Shown here piece after piece: positions 1-12,207 of a DNA stretch of 64,000 bases (the stretch's first letter is position 1; each line of letters opens with the position of its first letter). Both the position numbers and the translations under genes were made by a program. This DNA is from Candidatus Eiseniibacteriota bacterium (GTDB taxonomy: Bacteria; Eisenbacteria; RBG-16-71-46): the NCBI GenBank assembly GCA_963707915.1, contig OY970178.1, positions 2,400,001 to 2,464,000 of the forward strand. Direction: 5' to 3'. The notes under the pieces were generated by a model, which was not told the origin of the DNA, made no database searches, and saw nothing but the letters and a program-made list of their open reading frames with translations.

Positions 1-144
1 GCGCGTGATGCGCAGGGCGAGCCCGTAGGCCCGGTCCTGGTGCAGCACCACCAGATCGCGGAACGCGGCCTGATCGCCGCCCCGCGCGCGTTCGACCAGC
101 GAGCGGATGAGCGCCTGCTGGGCGTCGGGCCGCACGGGGTCCAT
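1..144 (-). CDS. ECF RNA polymerase sigma factor, N-terminal part (runs off window)
   Basis: Own translation from ATG at 144: MDPVRPDAQQALIRSLVERARGGDQAAFRDLVVLHQDRAYGLALRITR, a typical ECF region-2 start. Not in the ORF track. Confidence 0.85.
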   Translation of the reverse strand, partial: MDPVRPDAQQALIRSLVERARGGDQAAFRDLVVLHQDRAYGLALRITR

Positions 145-150
145 CGCCCC

Positions 151-245
151 CTTGGACCGGTCCTGCGGGTCGTCCGGTTTCAAGTCCGTGGCGCTCTCCG
201 GGGAGCGGTTTCCTGAAACCCGCCGGCCGGGAAGCCCGGTCCAAG
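151..245. promoter_or_regulatory. Divergent pair of matching ECF-type promoters
   Basis: TGAAACC-N15-CCGGTCCAAG on + (214-245) and on - (182-151), facing the membrane-protein genes and the sigma gene respectively. Confidence 0.75.
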
Positions 246-320
246 CCGGTGGAGCAGGGAAACCGGGCCGGATCACCCCGGCCGCAGGACATCTTAGACC
301 AGAACGGAGGTCGACAGGCC

Positions 321-758
321 ATGTTCGCATTCCAGGGGTTCGGACCCGACGTCTTCGTGCCATTCCTGGTGTTCTCCATCCCCATCATCGCCATCGTCGG
401 CGGCATCACCGCCGGGATCGTGAAGACCATCAGCCGCCACCGGCTCATCGAGCTGGCCCAGCGCGAGCGCATCGCCATGATCGAGCGCGGCCTGGACCCC
501 TCGAAGCTCCCGCCGCTGCCGCTGAGCGAGATCGCCGACGCCACCCCGCTGATGTCGCCCGCGGACGCGGCCCGGCGCCGCTCGCAGGGCCTGATGATCG
601 GCGGGCTCGTGACGCTCGCCGCCGGCATCTCGCTGGGCGTGCTCCTGTACAACGTCGCCGACGAGGCCGGGGTCTGGTCGGTGGGGCTCATCCCGTCCGC
701 CATCGGCGTCGCCCTGCTGCTGAGCGCCTTCCTCGTGCGCCCCACGAACGGCAGCTAG
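321..758 (+). CDS. Small membrane protein, DUF6249-like
   Basis: GGAGG upstream of ATG 321; TM helix, ERIAMIERGLDP motif, then two more TM helices. Confidence 0.75.
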   Translation: MFAFQGFGPDVFVPFLVFSIPIIAIVGGITAGIVKTISRHRLIELAQRERIAMIERGLDPSKLPPLPLSEIADATPLMSPADAARRRSQGLMIGGLVTLAAGISLGVLLYNVADEAGVWSVGLIPSAIGVALLLSAFLVRPTNGS

Positions 759-767
759 GGGGCGGCC

Positions 768-1230
768 ATGCATCTCCTCGACGAGGACCTCTTCGTGCCC
801 TTCCTGGTGTTCGCGATCCCGATCGTCGCGGTCGCCGGCGGCATCCTGGCGGGCGATCATCCGGAACGTCAGCGCCCACCGCCTGATGGAAGTGGTCGTG
901 CGCGAGCGGATGGCGCTGGTCGCGCGCGGCGTGGAGCCCGCGCGGATCCCCGGGTGGCCGGGCGGCGCGGGCTTCGGGCTCCTCCCGCTGCTCTCGTTCA
1001 CCGACCAGTCCCGGCTCCGCGCGCAGGGGCTCCTCGTCGGCGGGCTCGTGACGCTGCTGGGCGGGCTGGCGCTCGGCGCGTTCCTGGGCCTGACCGAGTC
1101 GTGGGAGTCGCGCGAGTGGACCGTCGGGCTGGTGCCGGTCTCGATCGGCATCGCGCTGCTGGTCAGCAGCGCGATCGTGCGGGCGCAGGGCGGCGACGAG
1201 GTCCGGGGAACGCCGTCGCGCGCGGCGTAG
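768..1230 (+). pseudogene. Tandem paralog of 321..758 with a +1 frameshift (possibly sequencing error)
   Basis: 768 frame matches the paralog N-terminus (FVPFLVFAIPIVAV). An extra G at ~855 shifts into the 886..1230 frame (RERMALVARGVEP...QGLLVGGLVTL). Confidence 0.75.
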
Positions 1231-1239
1231 CCCGGGCGG

Positions 1240-2529
1240 TCAGGCCGTCGGCTCGACGGCGGCGCCGGGCCGGCAGCGCGCCAGCGCCGCCGCCGCCTTG
1301 GCGATCGCGCCGGACCAGTCGCCCGGCACGTCCTGGTCGCAGACGGTGACGCCCCGGTACCAGCCGGTCCAGCGCCAGTCCACGTCCTTCACGCTCAGCA
1401 CGCAGGTCGGCACCCCCATGGCGGCCGACAGGTTGGGGATCGCGGTCTCGGTCGAGAGCACGAGGTCGAGGTCGCGCACCACGCCGGCGGTGTCGAGGAA
1501 GTCCCGCGCCGCGCTCAGCGGCTGCGCCAGTCCCCGCGTCGCGGCCTCGTGCTCACGCGCGCCGCGGTGCAGCGAGACCCAGTCGACGCCGTCGAGCGCC
1601 AGCAGTGGCGCGAACGTGTCGAGCGAGGTGGAGCGCACCGCGTCGTAGGCGAAGGCGGGGTTGCCGGCCCAGTTGATGCCGACCCGCGGGCGGGCGCGCG
1701 CGGCGGGCGGCGGGCCCGCGCCGAGCCACGGCGCCGTGGGCACGTCCTCGATCCGGCGCACGCCGAGCAGCAGGGGCAGGCTCATGATCGGCGCCCAGGC
1801 GTCCCAGCGCGCCCGGTCGAGCGTGGTCACCACCTCGAGCCGCGGATCGAGCGTGGCGACCAGCCGCGCGAGCGGCGCCGGCGAGTGCACGATCACGCGG
1901 GCGAAGCGGTCGGCGAGCGTGGCGAAGAACCGGCTCATCAGCAGGAAGTCGCCGAGGCCCTGCTCGGGCACCACGAGCAGCGTGTCGCCCGGCCGCGCGT
2001 CGCCGGTCCACGCCGCGCCGCGCAGGCCCGCGCCGGTGCGAAGCAGCGCCCGGCGCTCTTCGCAGAGCGGCAGGCCGCGCTCGAGGTCGTTCTCGAGCAG
2101 CAGGGTGTGGCCGAGGTTGAAACGGGCCATCGGGTGCGCGCCCGCGAGCTCGAACGAGCGCTTCGCCTCGACGAGCCGGCGCAGGCCCTTCCAGGCCATG
2201 CCCTGGTTCACCAGCGCGAGCGGGTGGCCGGGCGACGCCGCCAGCGCCAGGTCGCAGACCCGCAGGGCGTACTCGTGCCGCCCGGTGCGGTTGCAGACCA
2301 TCGCGAGGTTGATGAGCGCCTCCGGGAACGGCACCTTGAGCCGGATCGCGGCCGAGAACGCGGCGAGCGCCCCGGCGTGGTCGCGCCGCTCGGCCAGCAC
2401 CAGCCCGAGCACGTTGTGGGCGACCGCGTCTTCGGGAGCGGCCTTCAGCGCCGCGCGGGCCTCGCGCTCGGCGGCCGCGAGGTCCCCCTGGCGCAGCCAT
2501 TTCAGGGCCCGCTCGAGCCGCTCGCTCAC
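1240..2529 (-). CDS. TPR-repeat protein with C-terminal GT9-like glycosyltransferase domain
   Basis: GTG start overlaps the upstream TGA; TPR helices, then EQGLGDFL, GINWAGNP and DLVLSTETAIPNLSAAMGVPT motifs. Confidence 0.8.
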   Translation of the reverse strand: MSERLERALKWLRQGDLAAAEREARAALKAAPEDAVAHNVLGLVLAERRDHAGALAAFSAAIRLKVPFPEALINLAMVCNRTGRHEYALRVCDLALAASPGHPLALVNQGMAWKGLRRLVEAKRSFELAGAHPMARFNLGHTLLLENDLERGLPLCEERRALLRTGAGLRGAAWTGDARPGDTLLVVPEQGLGDFLLMSRFFATLADRFARVIVHSPAPLARLVATLDPRLEVVTTLDRARWDAWAPIMSLPLLLGVRRIEDVPTAPWLGAGPPPAARARPRVGINWAGNPAFAYDAVRSTSLDTFAPLLALDGVDWVSLHRGAREHEAATRGLAQPLSAARDFLDTAGVVRDLDLVLSTETAIPNLSAAMGVPTCVLSVKDVDWRWTGWYRGVTVCDQDVPGDWSGAIAKAAAALARCRPGAAVEPTA

Positions 2530-5420
2530 GCGCGGCTTTCCGCCGCCTGCAGCTCCAGCCACTGCACGCCCGCGGCCCAGACGTCCGGGTCGAGGCTCGC
2601 CAGGTGCTCGTGGCGATTCCGGTGGCAGGTCACGAGGATCACCTGGTGGTCGCGGGCGAGCGATCCGGCCAGCACCCGCATGCCGGCGCGCGCGCGCTCG
2701 TCGTCGCTGTTCGCGAACACGTCGTCGAGCAGCAGCGGCAGCGGGTTCGCGGGCCGCGAGAGGAACTCGCTGATGGCGAGCCGCACCGCCAGGTGGAGCT
2801 GGTCGCGAGCGCCGGCCGAGAGCTGGAGCAGCGCCTTGCCGCGGGCCGCCTGCTGGCCGTCGCGCAGCCGCAGCGAGAAGTCGAGGTCCTCGCCGAAGCG
2901 CACCTGGTCCAGCTGCGCGCCCATCGCGGCGAGCAGCTCGCCCACGCGCCGGTTGAGGAAGTCGGCCCAGCGCCGGTGGGTCTCGAGCGCCACCTCCTGG
3001 ATGGTGGTCGCGGCCAGCTCGACCGCGCGCTTGAAGCGCCGCGCCCGCTCCAGCGCCAGCTCGATGCGCGCCTGCTCGGCCAGCAGCTCGGGCTCGCGCG
3101 TCGCCGCCCGCCGCACCACCTGGTCCACCGACTGGCGCAGGTCGCCGCGGCGGCGCTGCACCAGCTCGATGATCTCGCGCTGGGCGCGCACCTCGCGGTC
3201 CAGGTCGAGCGCGGGGCGCGCCGGCGCCGCCCCGGGGCCGAGCGGTCCGCCGGCCTCGGCCTCGAGCGCCGCCAGTTGCGCCTCGAGCTCGGCGGCCTCG
3301 GCGTCCGGCGCGAGCCGCTGGCGGGCCTGCGGGATCAGCTCGTCGGTGAGCAGCGCCAGGCGCGCGCGGCGACGCGTGGACTCGGCCAGCTCCTTCACGC
3401 GTTCGCTCCACGGCGAGTCGGGGTCGTAGGGCAGCCCGGCGAGCCGCAGGATGCCGACCGCCCGCTCGTGCAGCCCGGTCACCTCGGTCGCGCCGATCCG
3501 CTTCTCCTCGTCCACCCACGACAGGCTCTTCTCGAGCTCGGCGATGCTCTGCCGCACCGTCGCCAGGCGGCGGATGCCGGTCGCCACCGCGTCGAGATGG
3601 TCCGCCTCGGGCACACCGCCGCCCACGCGCGCGAGCCGCTCCCGCGCCTCGGCCAGCGCCGCGAGGCGGCGGGCCTCGAGCGCGCCCGCCTGGTCCCGCA
3701 CGCGCTGGACCGGGCTCGATTCGTCCATCAGGGCCTTGTACTCGTTCCACTCGCGCATCAGCTCGACCGCGGTGCGGGCGCCGAACCGCGCGGCGAACTC
3801 CTCGAGCACGAGTTCGCTCTCGGCCCGCTGGAGACGCAGCGCCTTGATGCGCCGCTGCGCGTCGGTCAGCCCGCTCATGGCCAGCGAGCGGTCGCCGCGC
3901 CGGGCGCCGTCCGCGAGCGCGACCAGCACCACGCCGATCAGGCCGAGGGCCAGGCCGCCGGCCAGCAGCGCCGTGGCGAGGCGCCGGTCGCCGCCGACGA
4001 CGAGGACGACGCCTCCCGCCACGGCGGCGCCAGCGCCCAGCGCCGCCAGCGACCAGCCCGGCTGCCGGCGTCCCGCCCGCAGGGCATCGATCTGGCGCAG
4101 GGTCTCGGTGTGGACGGTGCGGGCCTGCTCGAGGTCGGCGACCTCGGTCTGGAAGGCGAGCGCCAGCGCCCCCTGGCCGCCGAGCAGCTTCTGCTGCTCC
4201 TCCCCGAGCGCCCCGAAGCGCGCGGTCAGGGCCTCGACGCGCGCGGGCTCGTAGCCGCGCTGGCCGAGCGAATCGTGCAGGCCGGCGACCTCGCCGCGCA
4301 TGCGCTCCTCGTCCGCCGCGAGCCGGCGCAGCTCCGCGGCCAGCGCCACCAGGCGGTCGGCGTCCTCGATCGTGCCGCCTTCGCAGGCCCGGAGGCTCTC
4401 GATCTCCGCCTCCAGCTCGCCGCGCCGCCGGTTCTGCTCCTCCTGCCGCCGCGCGTCGAGCTCGGCCAGGTTCTTGAGGGCCGCCTCGCGCAACGCGAGC
4501 GTCTCGCGCAGGTCGGCCTCGGCGTCGGGCGGCACCTGCCGGTACGGCGCGAGCGAGCTCGCCTCGGCCTGCAGCCGCGCCAGCGCTTCGCGCTGCCCGC
4601 GCTGCTCCGCGACCCGGCGGGCGAGGTCGCCCGTCACGGCGGCGCGCCGCTCGGACTCGAGCCGCGCGATCGCCTCGCGCGCGGCCTGCTCCTCGTCCCC
4701 GAGCCGCGCCAGCTGCTCGAGCGGCCCGGCGACCTGCTGGCGGTCGTGCGCGAGCGCCTGGAGCTCGCTCGCCAGCGTCTCGCGCTTGAGCTCGAGGCGC
4801 GAGATGGCGTTCTCCACGGTGCCGGTGAAGTCCACCTCCTCGCTGGTGTAGCGGCGCAGCGCGCCCTGCAGCACCTGCAGCGTCTCCGCCGCGCTGGTGT
4901 CGCCCCCGCGCGTGTCGGCGGCGCCCTCGAGGCGCGCCTGCAGCGTGCCGCCGCGCCGCGCCTTCTCGTCGCCGGGGACCACCTGGTCGAGTTCGCCCTG
5001 CCGCACCAGCGCGCACTTCTCGAACTCCTCGGGGTCGAGGCCGAGGAGCTTCTTCCCCACCGGGAAGGCGTCCTTGCCCTCGCGGAACGAGGCGGTGACC
5101 TCCCGGCCGCGCTCGTCCCAGACCTCGACCGTGCCGCGTTCGAAGTCGCGCTTCACGGTGGTGACTTCGCCCTCGCACTCGAGCTCGAGCTCGACCCGGT
5201 AGGAGCCGCCGTCCCACGGGCGCCAGCGCTCCATCGGCGTCATCACCTTGTGGCTGCGGCGGTCGTCCTCGAGCCCGTAGAGGGCGGCCGAGACCGCGGC
5301 GAGCAGGCTCGATTTGCCGGTCTCGTTGCGGTCCACGATCAGCGTGACGCGGCCGGGGCTGAAACGGTACTCGCCCCGCAGCGGTCCGAAGCCGTCCACC
5401 CTGAGCCGCAGGAGCCTCAT
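2526..5420 (-). CDS. SMC/Rad50-like AAA ATPase (YhaN/SbcC-like)
   Basis: MRLLRLRVDGFG start, Walker A NETGKSS, long coiled coil with two hydrophobic helices, signature LSAGARDQ, Walker B LLLDDVF. Confidence 0.88.
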   Translation of the reverse strand: MRLLRLRVDGFGPLRGEYRFSPGRVTLIVDRNETGKSSLLAAVSAALYGLEDDRRSHKVMTPMERWRPWDGGSYRVELELECEGEVTTVKRDFERGTVEVWDERGREVTASFREGKDAFPVGKKLLGLDPEEFEKCALVRQGELDQVVPGDEKARRGGTLQARLEGAADTRGGDTSAAETLQVLQGALRRYTSEEVDFTGTVENAISRLELKRETLASELQALAHDRQQVAGPLEQLARLGDEEQAAREAIARLESERRAAVTGDLARRVAEQRGQREALARLQAEASSLAPYRQVPPDAEADLRETLALREAALKNLAELDARRQEEQNRRRGELEAEIESLRACEGGTIEDADRLVALAAELRRLAADEERMRGEVAGLHDSLGQRGYEPARVEALTARFGALGEEQQKLLGGQGALALAFQTEVADLEQARTVHTETLRQIDALRAGRRQPGWSLAALGAGAAVAGGVVLVVGGDRRLATALLAGGLALGLIGVVLVALADGARRGDRSLAMSGLTDAQRRIKALRLQRAESELVLEEFAARFGARTAVELMREWNEYKALMDESSPVQRVRDQAGALEARRLAALAEARERLARVGGGVPEADHLDAVATGIRRLATVRQSIAELEKSLSWVDEEKRIGATEVTGLHERAVGILRLAGLPYDPDSPWSERVKELAESTRRRARLALLTDELIPQARQRLAPDAEAAELEAQLAALEAEAGGPLGPGAAPARPALDLDREVRAQREIIELVQRRRGDLRQSVDQVVRRAATREPELLAEQARIELALERARRFKRAVELAATTIQEVALETHRRWADFLNRRVGELLAAMGAQLDQVRFGEDLDFSLRLRDGQQAARGKALLQLSAGARDQLHLAVRLAISEFLSRPANPLPLLLDDVFANSDDERARAGMRVLAGSLARDHQVILVTCHRNRHEHLASLDPDVWAAGVQWLELQAAESRA

Positions 5421-6637
5421 GCGCCGAGCTCCTCGTAGGCGGGCACGACCTCGCGCAGCCGGAACGCGTCGAGCCCGTAGAACAGGGCGCTCTCCAGGTC
5501 CGCGCGCCGCGCCGGGTCGGTCTCGGCGTCGAGCCGCTCGAGCAGCACGCGCGCGAAGCGGTCCTCGGTGGTGACCGGGTCGAGCGCGCGCAGCGCCGCC
5601 AGGTCGTAGTCGGGACGCAGGGCGCGCGCGTCGAGCCGCACGTGGAACGCGCGCGGCCGCAGCTCCGGGCCGGGCGCGGCGTAGCGGACGCCGCGGGCGA
5701 GCCGGCCGGCGAGGCGCACCACGACGAGGTCCGGGTCGCCCGCGCCGACCTGGTCGAACGCGCGCAGCACGCGGCGGTCCACCTGCTCGGCGGAGGTGGC
5801 GCCGGTCACGTCCACGGTGACGTCGTAGACGCGGCGGCGGTCCAGCTCGATGAACTCGAGCTCGGCGCGGGCCGGCCCCGCCCCGGTGGTGAGGCGGACC
5901 TCGTAGGCGCCGTGGCGGCCGGTCTCGCTCACGTCCAGCGCGATCGCCGCGCCCGCGTTCCCGAGCCGCGCGCCGGCTTCGGACTCGAGGCTGCCGGGCG
6001 CGTGGATGTGGCCGACCGCGAGGTAGTCGAAGGGCGAGGCCAGCACCTCGGCGTCGGAGAACGGCGCCACCGGGTTCTGTCCCGGCGGCAGGAACCCCTC
6101 GCGCGAGCCGTGGAAGACCGCGACGTTCACGTTCCCGGCGGCGGCCGCCGCCACGTGCGCGACGGACTCCGGCGCGAGCGGCCGCGTCGCCGACTCCACG
6201 CCCTGGATCGAGCAGCGCCCCCAGACGCACACCGCGTCCAGGCCCGAGAGCGGCACCGCGGTCCACTCCGGCGCGTCGAAGACGTGGACGTGCGCCGGCC
6301 AGGCGAAGCCGCGCGCCCGGAGCAGCGCCGGGTTCCAGTACGGGCTGGTGGTCGAGCACGGATCGTGGTTGCCGGGCGCGATGAAGACCGGCGGGCAGCC
6401 GTTCACGCCGAAGGCGTGCACCGCGAAGGCGAGCGTGTCGGCGTCCACGTAGTCGAGGTCGAAGAGGTCGCCCGGCACGAGGATGGCGTGCACGCCGCGC
6501 TCGATCGCCTGGCGCACGGACAGGTCCAGCGCGCGGCGCTGGTCGCTGCGCCGGTCGGCGCGCCGCTCCGGCGGCAGCCAGCCGAAGGGCCGGCCGAGGT
6601 GGAGATCGGAGACCTGCAGGAAACGGATGACGGCCAT
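5417..6637 (-). CDS. Mre11/SbcD-like DNA repair exonuclease (YhaO-like metallophosphoesterase)
   Basis: DLHLG, GDLFD, GNHD and GHIH motifs; ATGA overlap with the ATPase. Confidence 0.9.
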   Translation of the reverse strand: MAVIRFLQVSDLHLGRPFGWLPPERRADRRSDQRRALDLSVRQAIERGVHAILVPGDLFDLDYVDADTLAFAVHAFGVNGCPPVFIAPGNHDPCSTTSPYWNPALLRARGFAWPAHVHVFDAPEWTAVPLSGLDAVCVWGRCSIQGVESATRPLAPESVAHVAAAAAGNVNVAVFHGSREGFLPPGQNPVAPFSDAEVLASPFDYLAVGHIHAPGSLESEAGARLGNAGAAIALDVSETGRHGAYEVRLTTGAGPARAELEFIELDRRRVYDVTVDVTGATSAEQVDRRVLRAFDQVGAGDPDLVVVRLAGRLARGVRYAAPGPELRPRAFHVRLDARALRPDYDLAALRALDPVTTEDRFARVLLERLDAETDPARRADLESALFYGLDAFRLREVVPAYEELGA

Positions 6638-6877
6638 GCGCAGGAGACTCCTTTCTCGCGACGCGGCGAAGCCGGGACCGCGGTCACGGCAACGAAGAGG
6701 GGTGCGGCCAAACTATCAGGAAGGATGCGACCCGGCAACGGGTTGGGTGCCGGCCGGAGAACCGCCGGCACGACGGCCGGGCGCCGGGGCGGGGAGGCCC
6801 GCGCCGGCGGGGCGCGGACCTCCCCGCGGGCGCGCCGGCGCCCTCCGGCTGGCGGCGCGCGCCGACGCCGGGCTAGG

Positions 6878-7630
6878 ATGGCCGGCACCATCATGCGACC
6901 GCCTGCCGCCGCCATCCCCGTCGCCGAGATCGAGCGCCGCCTGCGCTGGCGGGTGCTCGCGATCGGGGTCTTCGTCGCGTTCATGGTGGCGCTCGCGGTG
7001 GTCGCGGCGGTCTCGGTGCTGGTGCCCACGCACCTGGTCGCCGGCCTGCCCGACGACGTCGACGTGACCGCCGCGAGCGCGGCCCTTCACTCCCGCCTGC
7101 CGCTGGACGCGGGGGGCCTGCGCTTCCGCACGGCGCTGGCCGGCGAAGCGCCCCCCGGCGCCGTGCCCGGCGTGGGGGCGCAGCGGCTCGCCGAGGTCGC
7201 GGTCCCGCTGCTCGAGCGCGCGCGCACGCGCCACCGGGGCGACCCGCGCATCGAGGTGGCGCTCGCCCATCTCGACCTCGCGCGACGGCGCTACGCGCTG
7301 GCCGAGCGCGGCTACCGCGCGGTCGCCGACCGCGGGGTGAACTCGCCCGAGGCACGCCTCGGGCTGGGACTGGCGCTGGCCCTCCAGGCCGACGCCGAAC
7401 GCGAGCCGGACCGGGTCCGCGCGCTGCGGCTCGAGGCGATCGCGCAATTCGTGGCGGTGGACCCGCGCGATCCGGCACATACCGTCGCGCTCTACGACCG
7501 CGCGCTGCTGCTCCACCGGGTCGGGCGCCGCGCCGAGGCGCTGCGCGTGTTCCACGAATACGCCGCGCGCGACTCCGGCAGCGCCTGGGTGGGGCGCCTG
7601 GCGCAGGCGCTGGGGGCCGCGCGGGACTGA
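6878..7630 (+). CDS. Membrane-anchored TPR protein
   Basis: N-terminal TM helix followed by TPR-like repeats (ALYDRALLLHRVGRRAEA...DSGSAW). Confidence 0.65.
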   Translation: MAGTIMRPPAAAIPVAEIERRLRWRVLAIGVFVAFMVALAVVAAVSVLVPTHLVAGLPDDVDVTAASAALHSRLPLDAGGLRFRTALAGEAPPGAVPGVGAQRLAEVAVPLLERARTRHRGDPRIEVALAHLDLARRRYALAERGYRAVADRGVNSPEARLGLGLALALQADAEREPDRVRALRLEAIAQFVAVDPRDPAHTVALYDRALLLHRVGRRAEALRVFHEYAARDSGSAWVGRLAQALGAARD

Positions 7631-7722
7631 GCCGGGGCCCCGGCGCGCGCCACGCGGCGGGCGGGCGGTCGCGAGCGGACGCGGGCGTGCGCGCACCACG
7701 GACCTGCTAGACTCCCCGGCCC

Positions 7723-9369
<1,647 letters not shown>

Positions 9370-10532
9370 CCGCCGGGCCGGAAGGCGAGCTGGTCGTGGA
9401 GGATCTTCGCCCACGCCAGGATGCAGGGCAGCACCTTCAGCCGCCAGGGCAGCAGGAAGCCGGTGCGGACGCCGACCGGGAACAACTCCGTGGGCGAGAG
9501 GACGGTGAGCACCAGGACCGCGAGGAGCAGCGCGCGGTCGAGGGCGCCGCGCTCCTGCGCGACGTACCACAGCGCCACGCCGCTCACCGCGATGACGAAC
9601 GTGGGCGACTCGGCCTTGTGGTTGAAGACGACCACCCAGACCAGCACCGACGCCAGCATCAGCAGCCGGAAGCCGGGTCGCCCCCACGACCGCCGGTTGA
9701 GGTAGGCCAGGCCGAAGAGCGCCGCACCCGCGATCACGATCAGCCGCTTGTCGGGCACCAGGCCGAGCCAGACCTCCAGCCCGCCCGCCAGCGACAGGCC
9801 CAGCGAACTGGCGTAGTCGGCCTGCAACATGGCCCGCCAGTCGGCGTACTGCGCCAGTAGCGTGCGCGGCGGGGTCGCCACCACCGGCACCACCGCGAGC
9901 GCGACGGCCCACGCCGCCAGTGCGGCGCAGAACCTCGCCCGCCGCGGGTAGAGCACGAACAACGCGGCCGTCACCAGCCCGAAGGGCTTGAGGAAGGCGG
10001 CCAGGGCGACGAACAGCGCCGCCCGGCCGGTGCGGCCGGCCTCGAGGTCGTTGTAGGCCTGGATCATCAGCCCCGCCATGAGTCCGTTGCTCTGCGAGTT
10101 CTGCAGGTTGGTGAGCAGTTCGAGCGCGACGAACAGCAGGACGAAGGCCTTCTGCCGCTCCCCCAGGCAGCGGATGCCCCGGATCGCCGCGAGCAGCGCC
10201 CACGCGTTGAGCAGGTTCCAGGCGATGAGGCCCAGCCAGTCGGGCGTCCCGGCGAACACGCCGCAGAACAGGGCGAACGCCGGGGAGTACTTGTAGATGT
10301 CGTGGTGCGGGCCGGGATGGAGGACGTAGAGGTTGCGCCCCGCCAGCAGGTCCGCGAACGACGTCTTGAAGATCAGGAAGTTGTTGTAGTGGGTGTGCGA
10401 CTGGGCGGTCCCGCCCCAGGCGTAGGCAACCAGCGAGGCCGCGACCGCCAGCACGGCGTAGAGCCCCGGCAGCACCCCCGGCCGGGTCGCGATCGCGACC
10501 ATCCGCTCTCTTGCCGACATGCCGCCGCCCCT

Positions 10533-12207
10533 CTACCTCGCCGCCGGGTCCCGCCGGAAGAACACGAACCCGTTCGCCCGGCCGATCTCCACCTTCTTCG
10601 CGTGCCCCGCGTAGCGTTCCACGTCCTGCACCTTGCAGACGAAGTAGGCCGGGCGGTCGATGTCGCCGTCCAGCAGCCAGGCCTCGAACTCGCCGTAGGT
10701 CATCCCGTGGCTCGACGGACCCTGCTCCGGCCGCTCGGCCGCGTAGAAATGCGGCGCGTAGCTCCGGAACCCGAGCGCCCGGACGTAGCACGGCCGCCCG
10801 GCGAGGCCCTGGTAGAACTCGACGGCGGCGCGCTGCGTGATCGCCTCGATGCGCGGCGCGAAGACCGGCAGGACGGCCATGGACACCAGCGTCGTCGTCG
10901 CGAACAGCCAGGCGACCGCCTGGCGCGGCGCGCCGCGGCCGGCGAGCGCCACGGCGACGGCGACGCCGGCGATCAGCAGCGCGCCCGGGGCGGCGTCCCA
11001 GCCGGTCCACACGACCGGGGCCTGCAGGTTGCCGCGCGCGAACGGGTCGCGCACCAGGCCGATCCAGCGCTCCTTGTCCATGAGCAGCAGCGGCAGCCCC
11101 GCCAGGAGCACGCCCCAGAGGGCGCCGAGGAGCCCGACCAGGATGGTCGCGTGGCGCTTCCATGGCTCGCCCTGCGTCACCGTCCGGTACAGCGCGGTCG
11201 CGGCCAGGAACGTCACCGGGAAGTAGGCCAGCGAGGAGTAGTGGACGATCTTGGTGCGCACCGCCGAGAAGACGACCAGCACGACGACGAGCAGGATGAC
11301 CATCCAGAGCTTCAGGTCGCGCTGGCTCCCGGAGTCGGACGGGCGCGCGCCCAGCCCGGCGAACAGCAGCGCCGACGCCGGGAAGCACCCCAGCAGCAGG
11401 ACGACGAAGTGGTAGGGGACCGGCTGACCGTGCCCGGCGTCGCCGGTGGTGAGCAGCCGCAGCTGGTAGGCGACGAACCTCGAGACGAACCACGTCCCGT
11501 GCAGGGCCAGCTCGACGCCGAACCACAGCCCGGCGACCGCCGCGGCCACCGCGGTGAAGACCAGCGCGGGCGCCAGCGGGAACCGCACGCGAGCGGCGCC
11601 GGACCAGCCAGAAGACGCCCCACGCGAGCGCCACCAGCAGGTACCCGACCGGCCCCTTGGTGAGGACCGCCAGCCCGGCGCAGCCCCCCGACAGCACCAC
11701 GGGCGTCCAGGGCCCGTGCGATCCGCTGGTGGCGGTCTCGTAGTGCCGATGGAGGCCGTACACCGCGAGGAACATGGCGAGGTTGAACGCCGGGTCGATG
11801 ATGCCGGAGCGGAAGTAGAACCCCGGCAGCAACGAGCCCGCGTAGACCGCGGCCCAGAGCAGCCCGAAGCCGCGGTCGCGCGCCCGCCGCCCGATCGCGT
11901 ACAGCGCGAGCAGCGTGGCCGCACCGACCAGCGCGTTGGGCAGCCGCGCCGCGAATTCGTTCACTCCGAACGCCTTCATCGAGGCGACCTGCATCCAGAT
12001 GAAGAGCGGCGGCTTCTCCCAGAACGGCTGGTAGTCGATCTGCACGCGGGTGTAGTCGCCGGTGACGATCATCTCCCGCGCGGCTTCGGCGAAGTTGATC
12101 TCGTCCCAGTCGAAGAGGTGCGCGGCACCGAGGAACGGCACGAACAGGGCGATCCCCGCCAGCACCACCAGCAGGCGGACCCAGCGCTCGGAGAGTCGTC
12201 CGGTCAT
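10533..12207 (-). pseudogene. ArnT/GT39 (PMT_2) glycosyltransferase with a +1 frameshift near 11589 (possibly sequencing error)
   Basis: LFDWDEINFAEAAREM, EKPPLF, ARLPNA and TKGPVG in one frame; C-half (GHGQPVPYH, TKIVHYSS) in another. Confidence 0.8.
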
